DNA from: a virus
Taxonomy: Duplodnaviria; Caudoviricetes
Length of the DNA: 38,422 nucleotides
Virus record (IMG/VR): IMGVR_UViG_3300010362_000052
Coordinates: 1 to 38,422 of that record
Direction: 5' to 3' (one strand)
Of this stretch, positions 8,106 through 14,689 are shown piece by piece. The notes under the pieces are model-generated. The model worked only from the letters and a program-made list of their open reading frames with translations. It did not search any database and was not told the origin of the DNA. Position 1 is the stretch's first letter. Every line of letters starts with the position of its first letter. Made by a program: the position numbers and the translations under genes.

Positions 8106-8656
8106 GACTGATCGCCGTCGATCCTGGTGACACAGTTTCCGCTCTGGTCCTCATGGAGCCGAACGATCGGCTCATGGTCTCGCGGTATGAGTCAAACGAG
8201 AGCCTGCTCGACTCCCTGCGCGTTCTCGACGCGGAGCATCTGGCCATCGAAACGCTCCACGTCCGCGGCCAGCCGACTTCCCAGAATGAACTGGATACGC
8301 AGTTGTGGGCCGGGCGCTTCATCTGCGCCTGGGATGGTCCCTTCACGCTGGTCCGGCGGGAGCGCGTCAAAGGGCATTTCGGCGCCTCGGGAGTTTCGAA
8401 TCCTGATGGCGTGCTGCGCGAGAGCCTCATCGGCCGTTTCGGTGGAGAGGCCGTGGCGGTCGGCGGCAAGCGCTGCCGGCATTGCAACGGGAAGGGTTGG
8501 CGGGGCAGAGACCATCATCCGTGTGAACTGTGCAAAGGCGCCGGCGTCCAGAGCCATCCGGGCGTGTTCTACGGCTGGAGCGGGACGGATCTGTTCTCCG
8601 CCTGCGCCATCGCCTGCTGGTGGTTTGATACGCAGGCGAAACGGGAGGCGTCATGA
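8102..8656 (+). CDS. RuvC-like (RNase H fold) Holliday junction resolvase with inserted CxxCxGxG Zn finger
   Basis: ATGA overlap; LIAVDPG, LAIE, R..VK.HF, D..SA.AIA; insertion CRHCNGKG...CELCKGAG. Confidence 0.75.
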   Translation: MRLIAVDPGDTVSALVLMEPNDRLMVSRYESNESLLDSLRVLDAEHLAIETLHVRGQPTSQNELDTQLWAGRFICAWDGPFTLVRRERVKGHFGASGVSNPDGVLRESLIGRFGGEAVAVGGKRCRHCNGKGWRGRDHHPCELCKGAGVQSHPGVFYGWSGTDLFSACAIACWWFDTQAKREAS

Positions 8657-9444
8657 GGTTCGGCAGTCTCTTCAGCGGCATCGGCGGCATGGACCTGGGA
8701 CTCGAACGGGCCGGCTGCAAACTCGTCTTCCAGTGTGAAATCAATCCCTTCCGCCGGCGGGTTCTCGCCCGGCACTGGCCGTACGTCGTCCGCTTCAACG
8801 ATATCCGCAAACTCTGCCGGAGGCTTTATGACTGCCATCCCGAAGATGAGGAAGGTGAATGCTACTGTCCCCGCTGTGGAACCGAATTCGGAGAGTGTGA
8901 GTGCATCGGCACCGACCAGTTCAACGACGAATGGGGACCCATCGAACTGCTCGCCGGGCGCGACCCCAGACCGGCTCTCGGCGCTGAGTTCATCCGTGTT
9001 GTTGATGAACTTCGCCCGCGGCTTGTTCTGCGGGAGACCGTTACCCAGGGCGGCACCACTTCCGTTTGGCCGTGGTGGCGCTTCCGACAAGCTCTTGAAC
9101 GTCTTGGCTACGCTGTCATCCCCTTCCGAATACGGGACTGCTGCGTTGGCGCTGACTTCCAACGAGAGCGGGTGTTCCTGCTCGGTGAACTTTCAGAGCC
9201 CGACTCCCAGCGACTGGAGGGGCCCGTCGGTCATCTCGTCGCGCAGGGCTATCAAGCGCGGCAGGACGCTGACCTTGGCCGACCAGCTCGATGGAGTGCC
9301 AGACCCCAGGTTTGTCGAAAAACTACTCGGCTTCCCGGAGAAGTGGACCGACTTAAATCCCTCGGCGGCTGCTGTACCCCGGCCACCGCTGAACGGATCG
9401 GCCGGCTGATTTTGCAGAGTCTTCCGAAAGGAGGTGACCGGTGA
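8653..9444 (+). CDS. DNA cytosine-C5 methyltransferase-like protein (alpha subunit), catalytic motif IV degenerate
   Basis: Motif I SLFSGIGGMDLGLERAG, CEI.....VL..HWP, motif VIII-like Q.ERVFL, motif X-like DRLKSLG...P..AE.IG. The PCQ motif is absent (LLAGRDPRPALG) and ENV reads ETV. Confidence 0.85.
   Translation: MRFGSLFSGIGGMDLGLERAGCKLVFQCEINPFRRRVLARHWPYVVRFNDIRKLCRRLYDCHPEDEEGECYCPRCGTEFGECECIGTDQFNDEWGPIELLAGRDPRPALGAEFIRVVDELRPRLVLRETVTQGGTTSVWPWWRFRQALERLGYAVIPFRIRDCCVGADFQRERVFLLGELSEPDSQRLEGPVGHLVAQGYQARQDADLGRPARWSARPQVCRKTTRLPGEVDRLKSLGGCCTPATAERIGRLILQSLPKGGDR
9005..9409 (+). CDS. Nested alternative-frame C5-methyltransferase beta subunit carrying motif IX (EcoHK31I-like); start uncertain
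   Basis: The +1 frame is open 8735-9409 and encodes ESGCS....SPTPSDWRG and DPRFVEKLLGFPEKWTDL, the motif IX missing from the alpha frame. Confidence 0.7.
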   Translation: MNFARGLFCGRPLPRAAPLPFGRGGASDKLLNVLATLSSPSEYGTAALALTSNESGCSCSVNFQSPTPSDWRGPSVISSRRAIKRGRTLTLADQLDGVPDPRFVEKLLGFPEKWTDLNPSAAAVPRPPLNGSAG

Positions 9445-9908
9445 CCGACATCCAAAGGCGCTTCGATGAGGTGCGCTGGCTGCTCCAGAGGAAGGCGCGA
9501 CGCTTCGCGGCCTTCGATCGGGACGATCTGGAAAGTCTGAAATGGGAAGCGGTCTGGAAAGCCGCGCAGACGTTCGATGCACGCCGTTCCAACTTCTCCT
9601 CCTGGGCGTGCCGGATCTTCGAAACGCTGTGCGGCGACAAACGGATCATCCTGCGGCGGCTGAGCCGGCGCCGGGAAGCCGGCCGGGCCAGCGGGCGGCG
9701 GCTGGCTCGACCAGAGCGGGTCGAGGTGCGGGAACCGCTCGATCCCTTCGATCTGGACTGCCTGGGATTTTTCGCGCGGCGGGTCGTGGATCTGTATCTG
9801 GAGGGCTATTCGCTGCGGGAAATTGACCGTCGATTCCAGCAGCCGACCAACTGGGCGGGCCGCACGCTCAAAGAGGCGATTACCACACTGAGAATCAATG
9901 CACTCTGA
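9441..9908 (+). CDS. Phage sigma-70/ECF-like RNA polymerase sigma factor
   Basis: AAGGAGG SD then GTG; region 2 DRDDL......AVWKAAQTFD.RRSNFSSWA; region 4 L.....RRVVDLYLEGYSLREI. Confidence 0.8.
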   Translation: MTDIQRRFDEVRWLLQRKARRFAAFDRDDLESLKWEAVWKAAQTFDARRSNFSSWACRIFETLCGDKRIILRRLSRRREAGRASGRRLARPERVEVREPLDPFDLDCLGFFARRVVDLYLEGYSLREIDRRFQQPTNWAGRTLKEAITTLRINAL

Positions 9909-9931
9909 CTTTTTCAGGAAGGGAGACCATC

Positions 9932-10894
9932 ATGCCCGTCGAAAAACCACAAACGAAAGCGGAAAAGACAACTCACACGACGGTGGACACGATCTGTTTT
10001 TCGGTGAAGGACGCGCACCATTGGGAGGTCCCCATCGACATTCAGCGCGGCGTCAAGGTCAACAAGAAGGTTATGGAACTGGCGATGCAGATCAAAAACG
10101 ATGGCGGGGTGATCCCCGGCATCATCACCCTGGGCGTGCTGGATCGGAAAACGTACCTGATCGACGGCTTGCAGCGGCGGGAGGCGTTCTTCATTTCCGA
10201 GCACCTGTACGGCTACGCCGACGTGCGGACGTGCTATTTCAAAACCCGCGCCGAGATGGGCGAGGAATTCGTCCGGCTCAACAGTCAACTGGTGAAGATG
10301 ACGCCCGACGACATCCTGCGGGGACTGGAGGCCGCCGTCCCGCTGCTGGCGGAGATCCGCAAGGCGCGGCCGTTCGTCGGCTACGGTCGAGTCCGCATCA
10401 CAGGGAACAGCAGCAAGGCCGGGTTGCTCCTCTCCATGTCGGTCGCCCTGCGGTGCTGGGCTGCATCCCGCCATGAAACGCCCCGCTCATCGTCCAGCGG
10501 GCTGGAACTGGCCCGCGAACTGCAAGCCGACGAAGCCGAAAAGCTGATCATGTTCCTGGGCGCCGCCTTCGAAGCCTGGGGCCGGGAGGAAACCGGCTGG
10601 CGATTGTGGGGCGCCGCCAACCTGACCATCGTCATGTGGATGTTCCGCCGGCTGGTCACCGACCCGCCCAGCACGTCCTACTCGCGCGTCAAGCCGATTT
10701 CGCTGGAACTGTTCCGCAAGTGCATGATGTCGCTGTCGGCCGACCGCAGCTATCTGGACTGGCTCGTCGGCCGGCAACTCTGTGAGCGGGACCGGGCCCC
10801 GGCCTACAACCGCTGCAAGCAGATTTTCACGCGGCGGATCTTCGATGAGACCCACAAGAAACAGACGTTCCCCCAACCGGAATGGGCCCACTGA
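9932..10894 (+). CDS. ParB/Srx-superfamily (DGQHR-like) domain protein
   Basis: GGAG SD; IQR motif, PGIITLG, YLIDGLQRR.A, EEF.RLN; helical C-terminal domain. Confidence 0.75.
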   Translation: MPVEKPQTKAEKTTHTTVDTICFSVKDAHHWEVPIDIQRGVKVNKKVMELAMQIKNDGGVIPGIITLGVLDRKTYLIDGLQRREAFFISEHLYGYADVRTCYFKTRAEMGEEFVRLNSQLVKMTPDDILRGLEAAVPLLAEIRKARPFVGYGRVRITGNSSKAGLLLSMSVALRCWAASRHETPRSSSSGLELARELQADEAEKLIMFLGAAFEAWGREETGWRLWGAANLTIVMWMFRRLVTDPPSTSYSRVKPISLELFRKCMMSLSADRSYLDWLVGRQLCERDRAPAYNRCKQIFTRRIFDETHKKQTFPQPEWAH

Positions 10895-11028
10895 TGGCAA
10901 AGTACCGCTGTAAGCACTGTCAACAATTGTTGACACGGGCCAGCCGCAAAGCCTGGATCTTGTCCTACTGCCAGCGCGCCGGCCGGTTCGTGCATATCCA
11001 GCGGGTCCGCCGCCGCAAATCGGATTGA
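10894..11028 (+). CDS. Small Zn-ribbon-like protein (44 aa, MAKYRCKHCQQLLTRASRKAWILSYCQRAGRFVHIQRVRRRKSD); not in the ORF track
   Basis: Translated by hand; TGATG coupling to the upstream gene; CxxC...SYC. Confidence 0.6.
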   Translation: MAKYRCKHCQQLLTRASRKAWILSYCQRAGRFVHIQRVRRRKSD

Positions 11029-11054
11029 CAGATCGTCTTTTCCACCGGTAAAGT
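11025..11054 (+). promoter_or_regulatory. Sigma70-type promoter upstream of the membrane/secreted gene cluster
   Basis: TTGACA (11025-11030), 18-nt spacer, TAAAGT (11049-11054). Confidence 0.55.
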
Positions 11055-11149
11055 CCCCGCCATCACCGGTGGCAGGAAGCCTGGTTTACTCCAAGGCCCC
11101 GTGATCTCTCATGCAGTAGACGCCGCTCTCGGCCTGCTGCCTCCCCCCA

Positions 11150-11458
11150 ATGCCCGACGTCAACACCGTTGCGCAGTCCCACGACGCCACGCAGATGCTT
11201 TTCTATTTCGTCTGCGTGTTGGGCGCTGCCATCGGCGGGGCCGTCTTCTGGTTCTCGAAATGGGTGGTGATTCCGCTGCGCGATGTCTTCATGGACTACA
11301 TGAAGAATCAAGCCACCTTCGCCGCCTCCGTCAACAAGGCACTGTCGGAAGCTGCCCCCGATCGTCAACGGGCCCACAACGAAAGCCTCGCGCGATTCGA
11401 CAAGCTCGATGCCGCGCTGGCCAAGATCCTGCAGGAGATCAATATCCCCCCCAACTGA
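11150..11458 (+). CDS. Single-TM membrane protein with C-terminal coiled coil; putative holin
   Basis: Hydrophobic LFYFVCVLGAAIGGAVFWF segment followed by an amphipathic helix; first gene of the cluster. Confidence 0.55.
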   Translation: MPDVNTVAQSHDATQMLFYFVCVLGAAIGGAVFWFSKWVVIPLRDVFMDYMKNQATFAASVNKALSEAAPDRQRAHNESLARFDKLDAALAKILQEINIPPN

Positions 11459-11471
11459 TCCATTGAGGTGC

Positions 11472-12452
11472 ATGATGGACATTCGCCGCGTTCTGTTCGT
11501 GCTGTTGGTGTGCTGGTGCATCGTCACCCCGGCTATCGTCGAGTCCGATTCTGAAAAGAAACCGAGCCCGAAATCGACCGCCGGGGATAATGCACCCGCT
11601 GCCCCTCAAAAGGCAGTGGCCCCGGCGGTCGTCGTCTCGGATGTCAGCCAGGCGATCAAGCAGGCGAAGGAGAAAGCCGCGGCCGACGTAGACGCCGCTG
11701 TCATCAAGGCTGTCTCTTATCAGGCCCCGCCACCTCCGCCCGCTCCGGCTGGAGAGAATCCTGCGCCGCCGGCGGAAATGCCCCCGGTCGTCCTGTCGCT
11801 GCCTGACGTGGTGAGAGCGCCCGTCGGCATCCCCGTCAAAGTGAAAGCCACGACGAACGGCGTGATGGTGCGCTGGCTCGCCAAGGATGACGGTCTGGCG
11901 ATGATCGACGGCGAGCTACTGAAGGACAGCACGCTGACCCAGGTCTGGGCGAACTACCCGGGCCAGTATCGGCTGCTGGCTTACACCAGCCTCAATGACG
12001 TCTTGAGCGATCCGGTGCAGTGCCTGGTCGTCGTCCACGGGGCCCAGCCGCCACCGCAGCCGACTCCGGTACCGCCGCAGCCCGAGCCGATCCCGCCCGA
12101 GCCCGAGCCCACTCCCCCGCCAACGCTCGCCGCGCACCTGTGGGTAGTGACCGTCGATAACGTCGCCAAGCGCGACGCCGCCACCACGCGGGTTCTCACT
12201 GACATGCAACTGGACGCCTCGATCCGAGCGGCCGGGCATCAGTTCAAGAAGATCAACTCGACGATTCCCGAAGCGCAGAAATTCATGCCGATGATGCAGG
12301 CCAATGGGGGCATCCCCGTCGTGGTGATCATGGACGCCGACAAGGTGGAACACAACTGGCTCAACCAGGCGCCGGCGGATCTCAAGCTGCCGACGACCAG
12401 TCAGGGCCTCAAGGATCTGATCAACAAGTACACGACTTCGAAGGTGCGCTGA
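11472..12452 (+). CDS. Secreted protein: signal peptide, Ig/PKD-like domain, Pro-rich linker, C-terminal alpha/beta (thioredoxin-like?) domain
   Basis: GAGG SD; MMDIRRVLFVLLVCWCIVTPA signal; V.W....PGQYRLLAY beta domain; PPPQPTPVPPQPEPIPPEPEPTPPP linker; GIPVVVIMD...LP.T..GL..LI.K. Confidence 0.75.
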   Translation: MMDIRRVLFVLLVCWCIVTPAIVESDSEKKPSPKSTAGDNAPAAPQKAVAPAVVVSDVSQAIKQAKEKAAADVDAAVIKAVSYQAPPPPPAPAGENPAPPAEMPPVVLSLPDVVRAPVGIPVKVKATTNGVMVRWLAKDDGLAMIDGELLKDSTLTQVWANYPGQYRLLAYTSLNDVLSDPVQCLVVVHGAQPPPQPTPVPPQPEPIPPEPEPTPPPTLAAHLWVVTVDNVAKRDAATTRVLTDMQLDASIRAAGHQFKKINSTIPEAQKFMPMMQANGGIPVVVIMDADKVEHNWLNQAPADLKLPTTSQGLKDLINKYTTSKVR

Positions 12453-13306
12453 TGGATCTTCCTGATATCCGCGGGCGTGACGGTGTGACCCACAAGCTGG
12501 GTTACGTCCCGCCCACCAAAGACGAAACGATGGTCCGCGCCTCGCGCACGAACATCCAGACGATCCGCAAACAGAACGGTTTGAGCCCGCTCATCAAACC
12601 CGGCGACCCGGACTGGCGCGAATGTGATTACACCGCCGGTGCGCCGCTGGAACTGATCACCGACCAGGGACAGGAAGGAAGTTGCACGGCCTGGACCTGC
12701 GTCGGCGCCCAGGCCCGCCAGCGCTGGCTGCGGGTCGGTGATGTCGTCGTGGCCAGCGGCTACTACGTCTACGACTGCATCAACGGTGGTCAGGACAACG
12801 GCAGTAACATCATCGCCAGCCAGAAGATCATCGAGACGGTCGGCGCGCCGCCGATCGACGCCTATCCGCGCTGTCGTTATCCCGGCTACATCCCGGCTGT
12901 GCCCGACGGCACCCTCATGTACCGCGAAGATGTGGCCATTGTCGGGGCGACCGCGCTGGAAGCAGCCACGATGCTGCTGATGGGAATGCTGTTCCAGGGA
13001 CCGATCTACGTTGACAACAGCTTTGACAACTTCACGCGCGACGGGGTGGCCTGGAACGGCTATCCGCCCAACACGACATCGACCAACCATTCGGTCTATT
13101 TTGCCGGCATCCGTTTTTTGAACGGCGACCCGGAAAACTGGTATCTGATTCTCGTCAATTCGTGGCGTTACAACTGGGGCCCGTGGGGCAATGGCTGCTG
13201 CCTGTGCCCGCCGGATGGCATCAACAACGGGGCGCGTGCCGATGACGGCTACGGTCATGCCTCGGTTTTGAAACCCGTTCCCTCGGGCTCGGAAGGTCTC
13301 CCATGA
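12452..13306 (+). CDS. Papain-like (C1 family) cysteine peptidase
   Basis: DQGQEGSCTAW (oxyanion Gln, catalytic Cys), NGGQDNGS, NHSVYFAG (His), LVNSW..NWG..G.G (Asn); TGATG coupling. Confidence 0.9.
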   Translation: MDLPDIRGRDGVTHKLGYVPPTKDETMVRASRTNIQTIRKQNGLSPLIKPGDPDWRECDYTAGAPLELITDQGQEGSCTAWTCVGAQARQRWLRVGDVVVASGYYVYDCINGGQDNGSNIIASQKIIETVGAPPIDAYPRCRYPGYIPAVPDGTLMYREDVAIVGATALEAATMLLMGMLFQGPIYVDNSFDNFTRDGVAWNGYPPNTTSTNHSVYFAGIRFLNGDPENWYLILVNSWRYNWGPWGNGCCLCPPDGINNGARADDGYGHASVLKPVPSGSEGLP

Positions 13307-13833
13307 AACGCCGCAGTTTCTTCTCCGCACTGGCTGGAATGTTCGTCTCAACCGGGCTGGTCAAAGCCGACACGCTGGAACAGTGGATCGGGGGCTCGTC
13401 GCTCGATGCCTGGTTGAAATCGTCAGCGCCTCCCGGCAACGTGCCGCTGCAAGCGCCGCCACCCCTGCCGCGGGGCACGGTCGTACCGCAGCCGCTGCCC
13501 ACGCCCACCAAGCGGGCGATGACCTGGGCCCTGACCTGTCTGCGCCACGGGGCGCACTGGACCTTTGAGGGCATCAACTGGATGCGGGCTTCGATCGGCT
13601 TCATGCGGAACCACCTGGTCAGCGTCCACGGTCACCACCGCGGCGAACTGGAGGGGCTCAGCAAGGAGCAGCTTGCCAACCTGCACGACGCGCATCACGA
13701 GGGGCGCTCGTTCGCCAATTATTCGATCCCGCGGACTCCCCGCAACGGCGTCGATCATCTGCCGATGAGCTACGAATCGTCGAGTTGTCCGGGCGGGCGC
13801 TGCCCTATCAAGAAGCGACACCGCAGGGCGTAA
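13303..13833 (+). CDS. Tat-signal exported His-rich protein with C-terminal CPGGRCP motif
   Basis: MKRRSFFSALAGMFVSTGLVKA twin-arginine signal; NHLVSVHGH...L..LHDAHHEG; SSCPGGRCP; ATGA overlap. Confidence 0.75.
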   Translation: MKRRSFFSALAGMFVSTGLVKADTLEQWIGGSSLDAWLKSSAPPGNVPLQAPPPLPRGTVVPQPLPTPTKRAMTWALTCLRHGAHWTFEGINWMRASIGFMRNHLVSVHGHHRGELEGLSKEQLANLHDAHHEGRSFANYSIPRTPRNGVDHLPMSYESSSCPGGRCPIKKRHRRA

Positions 13834-13952
13834 AGATGTCTACTCCAGAGCGCGTGCTGTTGTTAATGTGTGCGGCTGATTTGGTCCTGCTCCACGTCGC
13901 CGCGATTTGGCGGCACTACCGAAAGCGACCCCGTTACAAAGGAACGCCCATC

Positions 13953-14504
13953 ATGACCCGAGCTTTGTTTGCCCTGGCCCTGTCGCTCTGTTTCCCCCTG
14001 GCGAGCATCGCCGCGCAGACGACGGTGAACGTCAACAACGGCGGTCAGCCGACCTACGGGCCGGCAGCCGCTCCGACGGCGATTGACTGCCCGACGCCGC
14101 CCACGGCTCAGTACGTCGCGCCGCAGCCGATGACAACGAGCATCGACTGCCCGACCTATGTGCCGCCGCAGCCGATGACGCGCACCTACACGACCTACGA
14201 ACCGCGCGTCAGGACGTACACAACCTACGAGCCGCGGGTGAGAACATACACGACCTACGAGCCGCGGACGTATACCTACCAAACTGCGCCGCAGGCTGCC
14301 CCGCCGCCGATGTATCCGCTGTTCGCCTATCGCTCGGGAGGGTACGCTCCGCGCGCTCCGCGCATTTCGCTCGCCAGCATCTGCTTGGCCTGTCGCGCAC
14401 TGCATCACGCCAAGAAAGCCGCTCGGGAAGAGGCCAAGGCGGAGAAGCACGCCGCCAAGGCCGCACGTCACGCCGCGCTGGCCGGAGATGATTATTGTCC
14501 GTGA
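13953..14504 (+). CDS. Secreted Thr/Tyr/Pro-rich repeat protein (alternative upstream start at 13836)
   Basis: AAAGGA SD before ATG 13953; MTRALFALALSLCFPLASIAAQ signal; IDCPT x2; RTYTTYEPR x3; CxxC and Ala/Lys-rich tail. Confidence 0.7.
   Translation: MTRALFALALSLCFPLASIAAQTTVNVNNGGQPTYGPAAAPTAIDCPTPPTAQYVAPQPMTTSIDCPTYVPPQPMTRTYTTYEPRVRTYTTYEPRVRTYTTYEPRTYTYQTAPQAAPPPMYPLFAYRSGGYAPRAPRISLASICLACRALHHAKKAAREEAKAEKHAAKAARHAALAGDDYCP
14181..14270 (+). repeat. Three tandem 30-nt coding repeats (RTYTTYEPRV)
   Basis: cgcacctacacgacctacgaaccgcgcgtc / aggacgtacacaacctacgagccgcgggtg / agaacatacacgacctacgagccgcggacg; differences mostly synonymous. Confidence 0.9.
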
Positions 14505-14512
14505 GGTGAACG

Positions 14513-14689
14513 ATGAGCCGCACGATCAAAGGACAGAAGGGCCCGGGTTACGACTACTGGGGGCGCCGGCCCTATTCCGGTAGCTGCGGGTACGGTCCCT
14601 ACATCAAATTGCGGACGCACCGGAAGGAACGCCGGCGCAGCAAAAAACTGGCGTACGACTTTTCACAGGGAGACTGCCATGATTCTTAA
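14513..14689 (+). CDS. Small basic protein (58 aa, MSRTIKGQKGPGYDYWGRRPYSGSCGYGPYIKLRTHRKERRRSKK...); not in the ORF track
   Basis: Translated by hand; GAGGTG SD before ATG 14513; fills the gap between two genes. Confidence 0.65.
   Translation: MSRTIKGQKGPGYDYWGRRPYSGSCGYGPYIKLRTHRKERRRSKKLAYDFSQGDCHDS

Noticed and set aside
8102-8656. TnpB/Cas12-like RNA-guided nuclease (RuvC plus Zn finger)
   Set aside because: Only 184 aa, begins directly at RuvC-I, lacks REC/WED domains and has no adjacent non-coding RNA space.
8940-9000. Frameshift or pseudogene explanation for the missing PCQ motif
   Set aside because: Motifs before and after are in the same frame and no PCQ appears in the other + frames here; it is an in-frame loss.
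10918-10960. Divergent sigma70 promoters from the two TTGACA in the palindrome
   Set aside because: No acceptable -10 hexamer at 16-18 nt on either strand.
14181-14270. 30-nt repeats as a mini-CRISPR array
   Set aside because: No spacers, synonymous divergence, in-frame coding repeat, no cas genes.
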